A stretch of DNA of 28,005 bases from Gemmatimonadaceae bacterium. GTDB lineage: Bacteria; Gemmatimonadota; Gemmatimonadetes; Gemmatimonadales; Gemmatimonadaceae. The notes beneath the pieces are model-generated. The model was not told the DNA's origin, searched no databases, and saw only the letters and a program-made list of their open reading frames with translations. The stretch lies in NCBI GenBank assembly GCA_044224875.1, contig JBGAJQ010000066.1, positions 1 to 28,005 of the forward strand, given 5' to 3'. A program made the position numbers and the translations under genes. Of the stretch, positions 8,566 through 17,629 are shown piece by piece. Every line of letters starts with the position of its first letter. The stretch's first letter is position 1.

Positions 8566-10054
8566 GCGGACAGGTACCGGGTGGCAGCACACCGTTGTAC
8601 GTCTGCCTGCCGAGTGCGTTGTTCTGAATCGTGTTGGTAACGGTGAGATTCGGCGTGTTGAACGTGCTCGTCAGCCACATCGCGTTGATTCCGAAGTACG
8701 CGCTTTGCTCGATGCGGCTGTTCGTGATCAGGTTCGAGGGTGGAATGTACTGGTCCGAGAAGTCGCCCACGAGGAGAGCGGCACGGTCCAGGGTGGTGTT
8801 GGGGCGGCAGTTGTTCGAGACTATCCCGCTAGCCGCACCGGCGTACGTGATATCGACGTAGTCGAGCCGCGAACCGTTCGCTGTGTTGAGCCAGATGCCA
8901 ACCCAGTCGCCTGGAGCGGGCGCAGCTTCTCCGGAGGTGAAAACGATCCGCTTGGCCGCGGTTCCAACCGCGTTCAGGATGCCAATGACGTTGCTCGTTG
9001 GGCTGCCGTTGGTCCCAAACGTGACGCGCGCCCCTGGCTGTCCCCCAATACGAGGATACAGGAAGACGACACCTGGCTTGAGCGTGAGCGTCACCGGAGT
9101 GGTCGAAGGCGAAATGGGCCCTACGTACATGGTGCTGTACGGGATGCGCACCGGCACCCCCGTGTCCTTCACGGTCATGTCAGCAAACACATTGGCACTC
9201 GGGCCGTGAATCAAGATCTCGTCGATCGCGTTCGTTACGTAGTTCCCGGGCGGAAGACTCCCCAAGCCCATCATGGTCGTCTCCACCGGGCGACTCCCGG
9301 ACCGCTTGATCTCCAAGAGTTTGGAATCGGTGGTAAGTGCGGCGTTCGCGTCGAGGTAGATACCAACACCCTGCGAGAGGTCGATCCTCACTCCATTGAC
9401 GCGCAGTACGCGAGCAACCGGGGACGAGTACCCGTTTCCAACGATGGCGATCGTCGGATTGCTGAGCCCTCCGAACGCACCGCCTCCGGTAAGCAGCGTC
9501 CAGTTCAGGTCGATCATCGACGTCGGGTGGTACCCGCGCAACGTTCCCCAGGCTTGGTTCGGATTGTCGCGCCGGAAAACCACGAAGTTGGTTTGGCTCG
9601 TACCAGTCGTCAGCAGCTTCGCGAAATCGCGGACGGTGATCGAGACCCCCGGTGCCAGGGCGACGATCGCACAGGGTTGGATCGTCACCACGGCAGTGCC
9701 GGTGAGCGAGATGCTGTTCGGAATGCGGTGTGTGACGCCGGCACCGGCCCACGTTTCGTTCGCCGAGACGTTGACCGAGTGCGTGACCACTGTGCCGTTA
9801 GGCTGCCCACAGACGGCCGAGGGGCCGGCCGTTCCCACAGCATTCGCGCTCCCGAACGCCAGCTGCTCGCGCGGTGCCGTCGCCGCGATCGTCGTGTCTC
9901 GCCCGCACCCAACCGCGAACAGCGCACAGGTCATGAGGATGGATAGCGACGACGCTAGGCGCCGATGTCTGTGACGCATCGCGGTGCGGGAGGCGTCGCG
10001 ACGCGCGCGGACGCACTGATCGTCGTGCAGAGGTTGCTTGGAACCCGAGGGCAT
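8540..10054 (-). CDS. Secreted lipoprotein with right-handed beta-helix-like repeats
   Basis: AAGGAGG precedes ATG 10054. The alternative start at 9979 gives a cleaner lipoprotein signal MRHRHRRL...LFAVG-C. Gly/Asn/Thr-rich, with the motif GTAAKRIVFTSG...PGDWVGIWL. 3' end overlaps the convergent sigma gene by 26 bp. Confidence 0.75.
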   Translation of the reverse strand: MPSGSKQPLHDDQCVRARRDASRTAMRHRHRRLASSLSILMTCALFAVGCGRDTTIAATAPREQLAFGSANAVGTAGPSAVCGQPNGTVVTHSVNVSANETWAGAGVTHRIPNSISLTGTAVVTIQPCAIVALAPGVSITVRDFAKLLTTGTSQTNFVVFRRDNPNQAWGTLRGYHPTSMIDLNWTLLTGGGAFGGLSNPTIAIVGNGYSSPVARVLRVNGVRIDLSQGVGIYLDANAALTTDSKLLEIKRSGSRPVETTMMGLGSLPPGNYVTNAIDEILIHGPSANVFADMTVKDTGVPVRIPYSTMYVGPISPSTTPVTLTLKPGVVFLYPRIGGQPGARVTFGTNGSPTSNVIGILNAVGTAAKRIVFTSGEAAPAPGDWVGIWLNTANGSRLDYVDITYAGAASGIVSNNCRPNTTLDRAALLVGDFSDQYIPPSNLITNSRIEQSAYFGINAMWLTSTFNTPNLTVTNTIQNNALGRQTYNGVLPPGTCPPNGGYTVP

Positions 10055-10511
10055 GGCGTCCTCCTTCAAGTGTTGCGACGATCGGAGAAATGTTGTAACT
10101 GACGCGAGGGCGAACGATGCCGACGTCCGCCACTACGCGGTGACACAGCCAAATAGCCCCTACGTCAAACGGCGTGTCAAGTCGATGGTTGTCGCAGTGA
10201 CCGCGGTTCGCCGCACGATGGTCACCCAGGGGTTCCGGTCCGGACTCGCAGCCCGTCGTGGCACACGCACGAGGTCACCACTAGCACGCAGCAGCTGCCA
10301 TTGACGTTTCCGCCCCTCAACGTGTGGCGTCGTGAGACTGGCGGCGATGCATACATGCCACAACGTTCACGTTGGGAATGGATATCGATGCTCCTTGACC
10401 TGAGTCGCCACCTCCGAGAAAAATCGCGTCACGAGCACTCCCGCTGACCAGCGGCAAGTGCAAAACACTTCGACGTCTCCTTCGAACGTTGCACCTCTTA
10501 CGTGACTCCGC

Positions 10512-10928
10512 ATGAACCAGAAACTCATTCACGTGGCCCTGGTGGTCCGGGACTACGACGAGGCCATCCAGTTCTTCTGTGGGAAACTCCACTTCCGTCT
10601 GGTCGAAGACACGTATCAACCCGAGCAGGACAAACGCTGGGTGTTGGTCGCACCGCCGGGTGCTGGCGACACCTGCCTGCTCCTGGCCCGGGCCTCGAAT
10701 CCGGAGCAAGCGGCCTCCATTGGCCGACAGACCGGGGGCCGAGTCTTCCTTTTCCTGCAGACCGACGACTTCTGGAGGGATTTCGAGGAGATGCGACGAG
10801 TCGGGATCAGGTTTGTTCGCGATCCCAAACAGGCGTCGTACGGCACGGTCGCCGTCTTCGAGGATCTCTACGGCAACCTGTGGGATCTCTTTCAGCCCGG
10901 TACGCCAGCCGCCACCGTTGATCGTTAG
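10512..10928 (+). CDS. VOC/glyoxalase family protein
   Basis: HVALVVRDYDEAIQFF..KRWVLVAPPG..IGRQTGGRVFLFLQTDDFWRD..YGTVAVFEDLYGNLWDL. Confidence 0.93.
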   Translation: MNQKLIHVALVVRDYDEAIQFFCGKLHFRLVEDTYQPEQDKRWVLVAPPGAGDTCLLLARASNPEQAASIGRQTGGRVFLFLQTDDFWRDFEEMRRVGIRFVRDPKQASYGTVAVFEDLYGNLWDLFQPGTPAATVDR

Positions 10929-10959
10929 GTATGTGGGAGGGGTGGCGTGACCGCCGCGT

Positions 10960-11667
10960 TCAGCCGGCGCGTCGCTCCGCCGTTCGTGCAGCTTTCCTGC
11001 GACTTGGCGCAAATGCACTCGTGCCCAGCCAGCTCCAGAAATGATCCGCGTAGCGACGCGCACCCTCCACCCGCACGAGACGCGCGCGCATCGCCTCGTC
11101 AGCGGTCCGATCGCCCATCCAGATCTCGGTGAGCGCGCGCAACGTGGCGTCGACCAATACCGTCACTTCGCGTCCGGGATCGTCACGACACAAGTCGGCC
11201 ACACCGTCGGTGACCATCAGCCACCACACCCGTTCACCCTGACGGGCATCGCGCAGGTGGAACTGAATGACGACCGGTCTACGGGGGAGCTTGTCCAGGC
11301 AGACAGAGCGCCGAATGTCCCACATCAGAAGGCCGGCATCGAGTTCATCGCTTGCGAGCCGGCTCCCGATCCACTTCGCCCCCCAATGCCCCAGCGCCAT
11401 GATGATCGGCCGGAGTTCCTCGCCAGCTTCTGTGAGGCGGTATTCCGTGATCTTCCCGCTCGTCACGCGTCGGATCACGCCCGCCTCCTCCAACGTTTGC
11501 AGCCGGCGGGCAAGCAGGCTGGTCGACATGCGTGGCACGCCGCGCCGGAGGTCGTTGAAGCGCTTGCTGCCACAGAGCAACTCGCGCACCACCAGCGGCG
11601 TCCATCGTTCGCAGACGATCTCTGCACCGCGGGCTACCGTGCAGAACTGCCCGTAACCGCTCTCCAT
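10960..11667 (-). CDS. HxlR-family winged-helix regulator with C-terminal SCP2-like domain
   Basis: MESGYGQFCTVARGAEIVCERWTPLVVRELLCGSKRFNDLRRGVPRMSTSLL..RL..L..EYRLTEAGEEL, followed by LLMWDIRR..WWL..DLC..DPG. Confidence 0.9.
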   Translation of the reverse strand: MESGYGQFCTVARGAEIVCERWTPLVVRELLCGSKRFNDLRRGVPRMSTSLLARRLQTLEEAGVIRRVTSGKITEYRLTEAGEELRPIIMALGHWGAKWIGSRLASDELDAGLLMWDIRRSVCLDKLPRRPVVIQFHLRDARQGERVWWLMVTDGVADLCRDDPGREVTVLVDATLRALTEIWMGDRTADEAMRARLVRVEGARRYADHFWSWLGTSAFAPSRRKAARTAERRAG

Positions 11668-11826
11668 GCGCGCTCCGTTCGAAGGAGGAGGAACTAGTTC
11701 AACCTCGACCGTCGTTCGGAGGTTGGCAAGCCTTTGCGCACCAGCAGCGCGAGGGCCGCGGTATGTCACGAGCCCATCGCAAGCGCGCATCGCGACCACA
11801 CGACGGAGGAACTCAGGCCGGTGCGC

Positions 11827-13248
11827 TCAGCCGGACACATGCTTGGTGTGCTGGAAGAGACCCTCGGGATCGTACTGACGCTTGAGCGCCGCAAGGCGCG
11901 AGAGGTTCGATCGACTGTAGGCGGCTTCGATGCGGTCTTGCCCTTCGTCGGCGTTGAGAAAGTTGATGTACGCACCACCGGTGGCGAGCGGCTTGAACTC
12001 CTCGAAGCAGGTTCGCGCCCACTGCATCTGTGCGGCGTCATCGTCAGGGTTGTCCCACGAACCGGCGATGTTGAGCGCGAACGCGGCGTCGCGATTGCCC
12101 ACGGGCGAATGATCCGCCGGCAACTCATTGAGCGCCCCGTGGACATGAAACATCAGGATGGCAGACCAAGGAGACGAGATCCGGCGCGCGTGGTCCATCA
12201 CGACCTGGATGGTGCGCTCGTCGACTCTCGCGAGGTAGTGTGACTTCCAGTAGTAGCGTCGCCCGTTAGGCTGTGTGGCGTCGAGCAGGCTTTGCATCTG
12301 GGTATAGGGACGACGCGTGACGATGTCGGCGACTGGATGCCCAGCAGCCCGCAGTGGTGCCAGCACGGCGTCGGCGCGGTCGAGTGGTCCGGTGTGGCAG
12401 ACGAAGACGGCAACGATCGGCGTGCCATGGACCTCCTTCGGGAGCCATGGAGCCGGCGGGGCGATGCGCGCGGCCGCGACGAGGGCTAACTCGCGCGGCG
12501 CGGTAAGTGTGAGCTGGCGGTACGCCTCCAACACCTGCGTGCCTTCTTCCGCTCGCCAGGCGATGGCGCCGCCAATGATCTCCGGGCCGACGGGAAAGAG
12601 TTGGTACTCGAAGGACGTGACGATGCCAAAGTTGCCGCTGCCTCCGCGCAGGGCCCAGAACAACTCCATGTTCTCGTCTGCCGAGGCGCGCACGAATTTG
12701 CCATCGGCCGTAACAACGTCCATGGAAAGGACGGTGTCGCAGGTCCATCCATGCCGACGGCTCAGGTAGCCGAAACCACCGCCCGTCGTTAGGCCGGCGA
12801 TCCCAGTCGCCGAAACGAAGCCAAGCACTGCCGCCAGCCCGTGGAGCTGCGTTTCGCGATCGACGTCGCCAAGCGTGCAACCGGCCTGAGCCCGGCAGGT
12901 GCGACGCGACGGATCCACCCACACCCCGCGAAGTGCCGAGAGGTCGATGACGAGGCCGCCTTCGCAGATAGCCAGCCCCGCGATGTTGTGCCCGCCGCCG
13001 CGCACCGAGTTGATGATGGAGTGCTCCCGCGCGAACTGGACGGCCCGAACCACGTCGGCTGTTCCGGTGCAGCGCACAATCAAGGCGGGGCGACGGTCGA
13101 TCATGCCGTTCCACACTTTTCGTGCGCTGTCGTATGTTGGGTCGCTGGGCGTGAGGAGCTGCCCGCGAAAGGTGGACTTGAAGGCGGCAAGCGCGTCGTC
13201 GGCGAGTTGAGCGCTCGAGCCGTCCAAGCGCTTGTATGCGATGCTCAT
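11827..13248 (-). CDS. FAD-binding oxidoreductase, berberine-bridge-enzyme (BBE)-like
   Basis: VWNGMIDRRPALIVRC, covalent-FAD motif RGGGHN, LFWALRGGSGNFGIVT, and C-terminal AYINF...LKRQYDPEGLF. Confidence 0.95.
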   Translation of the reverse strand: MSIAYKRLDGSSAQLADDALAAFKSTFRGQLLTPSDPTYDSARKVWNGMIDRRPALIVRCTGTADVVRAVQFAREHSIINSVRGGGHNIAGLAICEGGLVIDLSALRGVWVDPSRRTCRAQAGCTLGDVDRETQLHGLAAVLGFVSATGIAGLTTGGGFGYLSRRHGWTCDTVLSMDVVTADGKFVRASADENMELFWALRGGSGNFGIVTSFEYQLFPVGPEIIGGAIAWRAEEGTQVLEAYRQLTLTAPRELALVAAARIAPPAPWLPKEVHGTPIVAVFVCHTGPLDRADAVLAPLRAAGHPVADIVTRRPYTQMQSLLDATQPNGRRYYWKSHYLARVDERTIQVVMDHARRISSPWSAILMFHVHGALNELPADHSPVGNRDAAFALNIAGSWDNPDDDAAQMQWARTCFEEFKPLATGGAYINFLNADEGQDRIEAAYSRSNLSRLAALKRQYDPEGLFQHTKHVSG

Positions 13249-13445
13249 CTGCTGACCCTGGCGTCGAGTTATGCGAACGACGGGTTCTGGGTGCCCCGTC
13301 TGCTGTGTGGCGCCTAGGTTGCCATGCGGGGCGTTCGCCGACTAGTCCAGAAATTGAAGCGCCGAGCGATCAGGCTCGGCGCAGGGTCGAACTTGGTGAG
13401 AGTGCTGCGGTTACGTATGGAGTGCGCGCAGGGTCTCGACGGGAG

Positions 13446-14417
13446 TCAGAACGGCACCGAGAACCAATCCACGCGATTCGCGTTGAGTCGCGGCACCGCG
13501 ATCCATCCACGACGCAGGTCAACCCCAATGTCTGCCGGCGCGTCCATCCCGCCGCCAATGCGGCGCACGCCTTCGCCAGCATGTCCAATGCTGAGTGAGG
13601 AATCCTTCCAACTCGTGATAAGGAAGGCCCCGTCAGGAAGCGCCTCGATCCCATCGAACCCACCCACGCCAGCCGCAACGAGTCCCACACGCGGGTCGGA
13701 CGGGATCCACGACATCACCATGATAGACGCGAAGGGGGCGAGCAGCAGTCGTCCATTGGCCTTGTCCCACGTGATGCCGTTGGGGCTGGCGAGGTGTTCG
13801 TCTTCCATGGCGATCTTCACGTCGCGTCCCTTCACCACGTAGATGCGGTCCTTTCCCGGATGTGTCATGCCGCCATGGGCGTCGAAGCGGATCCCCGTGT
13901 CAGTGAGGTAGAGGGTCCCGTCGGGGCTGGCGGCGACGTCATTGAGGAACGTCGGGTGCAACGACGCAAAGTCGACGGTCGCGACCACTGCTCCGGTGCG
14001 TTTGTTGAAGCCGCGCAAGGCGTCGATGTCGGTCACCCACAGGGTGTCGCCAACGATAGCCATTCCCTTTGGTGCGTTGAGGACGACGCCATTCTTTCCC
14101 GATTCAATGAAGGGCGTTGCCGTCGCTGGTTGCGCGGGATCGATTCGGGAAATGGAGCCATTGCCATCCTTATCCGATCCGTTGCCATTGACGTTAGAGA
14201 CGAAGAAGACATCGAGGTCGGCGTCGTAGCGAACACTCTCCGGGTTGAGGAGTCCGGTGGTAGGTGCGGAAGGGGCGGGCTGGGTAGCACCTGCTGTAGC
14301 ATCTGGCGCCGCACGCTGGGAGCTGTCGCGCTTTGTGGGCTCCTTTCGGCAGGCGACGGCGACGAGGGCGAGGCTAAGTGCGGCGATTCGTGACGAGGCG
14401 ATGGAAGGGCATTTCAT
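13446..14417 (-). CDS. SMP-30/gluconolactonase/LRE-family beta-propeller lipoprotein
   Basis: Lipobox-like LVAVA-C. PESVRYD..FVSNVNG, LNAPKGMA, FLNDVA..DGTLYLTDTG, PNGI, DGIE, PADIG. Confidence 0.88.
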   Translation of the reverse strand: MKCPSIASSRIAALSLALVAVACRKEPTKRDSSQRAAPDATAGATQPAPSAPTTGLLNPESVRYDADLDVFFVSNVNGNGSDKDGNGSISRIDPAQPATATPFIESGKNGVVLNAPKGMAIVGDTLWVTDIDALRGFNKRTGAVVATVDFASLHPTFLNDVAASPDGTLYLTDTGIRFDAHGGMTHPGKDRIYVVKGRDVKIAMEDEHLASPNGITWDKANGRLLLAPFASIMVMSWIPSDPRVGLVAAGVGGFDGIEALPDGAFLITSWKDSSLSIGHAGEGVRRIGGGMDAPADIGVDLRRGWIAVPRLNANRVDWFSVPF

Positions 14418-14632
14418 TGAGGTGTGTCAGGTACGACGGGTCGTGTTGGCCGCGCAGATTGTTGGTGAATTGAGGACGGGTGCGGAAATAGAAAGCAAGT
14501 GATGGGCCCCACAGCCCGCCAGTACGTGCTCGGTGTACCTCACACGAGCGCGGGAGACGCGCAACGCATACTTTGCCGTCGCCCGCCGTAGTTGCGATGG
14601 TCCTCTTCAATATGAATGGTGAGAGTCGCCGC

Positions 14633-15718
14633 ATGCATTTGAGCGAACTGGCCGGTCTGCGACTCCATGCACAGGGCATGCTCGTCAGCCGATTCAAGGC
14701 ACCGGCCGACGCCGTGCGCTGGCTCGTGGCGGTTCAGGCGCAGGACTACGCCGGAGCCCGTTGGGGTGTCGGCATGCGGGTGATCGCCGCGACCGACAGC
14801 TCCATCGAGCGCGCATATGACGACGGAAAGATCCTCCGCACGCACCTGCTCCGTCCGACCTGGCACTTCGTCGTTCCGGAAGACATCCGTTGGCTTCTGG
14901 CGTTGACTGGTCCACGTGTCCACGCCGCCAACGCGTCCATGTGCCGAAAGCTCGAACTCGACACGAGGGTCCTCCGTCGCGTGTGCACCTTGCTGGAAAA
15001 GGCGCTCAGGGATCGGGAGCCGATGACCCGCGACGAAATGCGGTCCGTGCTCACGAAGGCGCGTATAGCCGTCGACGATGGCGTGCGGTTCAGTTACTGC
15101 CTCATGGCCGCCGAACTCGACGCCGTCATCTGCAGCGGGCCGAGGCGGGGAAAGCAGTTTACCTACGCTCTGGTGGACGAGAGGGCAGGGAAGGGTCCCG
15201 TATTGGCGCGAGACGACGCACTGTCTGAGCTGACGGTGCGCTACTTCGCAAGCCGCGGCCCCGCGACGGTGCACGATTTCGCGAAGTGGTCGGGTCTGAC
15301 TCTCAAGGACGCCCGCCAGGGACTCGAGTCCGTGAGCGGGAGTTTGGACCACGAGCGGATCGACGGTGCAGACTATTGGTTCTCGTCCCGGGCGCTCACC
15401 CCAGATGCGGCCTCGCCAAGTGCGCACCTCCTGTCGATCTACGACGAGTATCTCTCCGCGTACAAGGACAGGCGTGCAATGGGCACGACCGAGATCGGCG
15501 CGAAGCTGGAGGCCATGGGGAACGACCTCACATCGATCGTGCTCGTCGATGGTCAAGTCGTGGGCACATGGAAGCGCACCATCGACAGTCGGCGCGTGAC
15601 AGTGGAGCTGAACTTGTTAACACGCGTGACTCGGGCGAAGCGGCGAGCCGTCGACGAAGCTACGGAGCGTTACGCGCAGTTCTTGCAGCTGCCGGCGGCC
15701 GTGACGTCGCGCAGGTGA
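14633..15718 (+). CDS. AlkZ/YcaQ (HTH_42) winged-helix DNA glycosylase family protein, QxQ type
   Basis: AVQAQD catalytic motif, ILRTHLLRPTWHFV, RYFASRGPATVHDFAKWSGL, HLLSIYDEYL, DGQVVGTWKR. Start could be 14612. Confidence 0.9.
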   Translation: MHLSELAGLRLHAQGMLVSRFKAPADAVRWLVAVQAQDYAGARWGVGMRVIAATDSSIERAYDDGKILRTHLLRPTWHFVVPEDIRWLLALTGPRVHAANASMCRKLELDTRVLRRVCTLLEKALRDREPMTRDEMRSVLTKARIAVDDGVRFSYCLMAAELDAVICSGPRRGKQFTYALVDERAGKGPVLARDDALSELTVRYFASRGPATVHDFAKWSGLTLKDARQGLESVSGSLDHERIDGADYWFSSRALTPDAASPSAHLLSIYDEYLSAYKDRRAMGTTEIGAKLEAMGNDLTSIVLVDGQVVGTWKRTIDSRRVTVELNLLTRVTRAKRRAVDEATERYAQFLQLPAAVTSRR

Positions 15719-15840
15719 CGGCGCCGCGGTCGCACTTCGGCGCCTGCGGTCGCTCGGCGAATCGCTACGTAGGAGTGCGTTGGCGAACGACAAGATGGGA
15801 CGAACACTGTGTCATCGGATCCAATGGCCGCCCGACCCGC

Positions 15841-16149
15841 TCAACCCGCCGGCGGTGCTCCCGCGTCGTCGCGTCCAATCCGCTCTCGCAGTTTACCGAA
15901 GCGCTCTTTGAGGTCGCCGAAGAACTCGCCCGCCTTCTCCTTCGCGTCGCCTACGAGATCGTCGAACCTGTCGTCCGCCTTGTCTGCCCACGTGGCCGCG
16001 TTGGCGCGCAACTCGTCCAACTTCCCATCAAGTTCGTCCATCTCTTCCTTCAGTTCCTTCTTGCCAAGTGCAACCTTCACTCGCAGCTCGTCGCGCTCCT
16101 GTTGGAGTTCGAGCATCATCTCGTCAAGCCGCTCTTGCCATGTGGCCAT
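15841..16149 (-). CDS. Small acidic coiled-coil hypothetical protein
   Basis: GAGGAG RBS before ATG 16149. LQQERDELRVKVALGKKELKEEMDELDGKLDEL heptad pattern. Confidence 0.8.
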   Translation of the reverse strand: MATWQERLDEMMLELQQERDELRVKVALGKKELKEEMDELDGKLDELRANAATWADKADDRFDDLVGDAKEKAGEFFGDLKERFGKLRERIGRDDAGAPPAG

Positions 16150-16222
16150 GATACGATCTCCTCGGAAATGCCGGTTCATTCAGAATACTGGCGGTACGGA
16201 CGCGCGTCCAGCGAATGCATTG

Positions 16223-17443
16223 TCAGGCGAGCCCCATCGACCGGTATCCTTCCAGTTCCCAACAGTACGCGCTATCCAGGTCAGCTCGAAGCGTTCGCAA
16301 GTCGGACAGGTTGTACGCCGCATGGACGGCGATTTGCGGCAACACGTAGTCGATGAACGTACCCGTCAACAACTCGCCGCGTGGGTCGAATTGAATCGCG
16401 TTTCGAGTGTAGATCTCCTCCATGGACCCGAACACCGCACTCGGGATCTGCAGAGGCACCCCTCGTCCGCGATCGGCGTCGATCCCCATGTACGCCATGC
16501 GCTCGTTCGGATCTTTGCCGCCAAACGCCCACCGGCAGAATCCGGGATTCAAATAGCCGCGAGAGTGATTTGTCTCGTTTGAGCTGCTGGCCGCCTCGAT
16601 GAGCGCGCCGTATTGCCCGCGAAGGACATGTGGGTCCGGTGGCGCCATTTCCGCAGCGACGACGAGATCGTCGCCGACCACCAGTTTGATGAACCGACCG
16701 ATCGGGACGAGTGCACGCGGCACCGGGTCGTTCGTGTATCCCTCCATCAACCGCATCGTTTCCACACCGAGTCGCCGCATGACCGCGTCGACGACAAGGT
16801 AGTGCGCGTGGAGATGCGCCAGGCGTCGCTTCTCCTGTGCCACGACCTGGTCCCTGTACTCGGTGTCGAGGTTCGCCACCCAATCCAGTGTATCCTGGCA
16901 CCATTCGAGCAGGCGCCCGTCGCTGTCGACAATGGGTCGTCGATCGGCCGGGGCTTCGAGGAACGCGCGAAGGTGTGGTTCGTCGATCGTAAACGGGTCC
17001 GCCTCCGACAGCGGCAACAGGTGAACGGATCTTAGGCAGACGCGGTAGATCTGGTCCAAGACCGCATCGTTCACGCCACCCCCGGCGTCCAGGTACCACC
17101 ACTCCTTCACATCGTCCGGCAGCGTCGCCGCGTCGAAGACAACGGGCAGCATGACCAGCGGGTGATCCTTGTCGCGCAGACTCACTGCGTAGCTGAACTC
17201 TCGGGCAATCCACTCCGAGCGATTCGCCGCCGACGTGCGCAGCTGAATGAGCACTTCGGCGCCCGCCATCCGGCGCGGTATAGACTCCGTGAGCTTGGTA
17301 TTGGTGAGTGACGTCCCGTCTTCCCGCGTGATCTGCAGTCCACGTTCTCGCAGGTACCTCTCAACCTGTTCGGCGAGTGGAGCGTCAGCGAAACTGTACG
17401 AGATGAAGGTGCGCGGGCCAACCAGGCGAAGGGGGTAGCGCAT
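16223..17443 (-). CDS. TIR-domain protein with uncharacterised C-terminal region of about 270 aa
   Basis: TFISYSFAD..AEQVERYL..GL, SAANRSEWIAREF (catalytic Glu position), MLPVVFD. Confidence 0.85.
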   Translation of the reverse strand: MRYPLRLVGPRTFISYSFADAPLAEQVERYLRERGLQITREDGTSLTNTKLTESIPRRMAGAEVLIQLRTSAANRSEWIAREFSYAVSLRDKDHPLVMLPVVFDAATLPDDVKEWWYLDAGGGVNDAVLDQIYRVCLRSVHLLPLSEADPFTIDEPHLRAFLEAPADRRPIVDSDGRLLEWCQDTLDWVANLDTEYRDQVVAQEKRRLAHLHAHYLVVDAVMRRLGVETMRLMEGYTNDPVPRALVPIGRFIKLVVGDDLVVAAEMAPPDPHVLRGQYGALIEAASSSNETNHSRGYLNPGFCRWAFGGKDPNERMAYMGIDADRGRGVPLQIPSAVFGSMEEIYTRNAIQFDPRGELLTGTFIDYVLPQIAVHAAYNLSDLRTLRADLDSAYCWELEGYRSMGLA

Positions 17444-17629
17444 GGGAGCTCCGGGAGTACTTGCGCAGGTCGCGGTGTCTGGCGATATGATGGCACGCCG
17501 GTCGGTTCGCGCACCAGTACGCGATGGGCGCTTGACCGACTTCGGTGAACGAGTACTGACGGTGTTCCGCGCGGGAGTCCTTTACATGCCAACTGGACGG
17601 CTGGTTGAGGCCGAGGAGGAGGCAACGTC

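Noticed and set aside
8705..9946. 413-aa + strand ORF, and similar long overlapping ORFs at 2921-3985, 14540-15556, 15286-16356 and 16281-17213
   Set aside because: Alternative-frame or antisense ORFs over better-supported genes, with Arg/Pro-rich or unnatural composition.
17532..17560. TTGACC as a sigma-70 -35 box for TIR-HAD
   Set aside because: No convincing TAnnnT -10 at 16-18 bp spacing.
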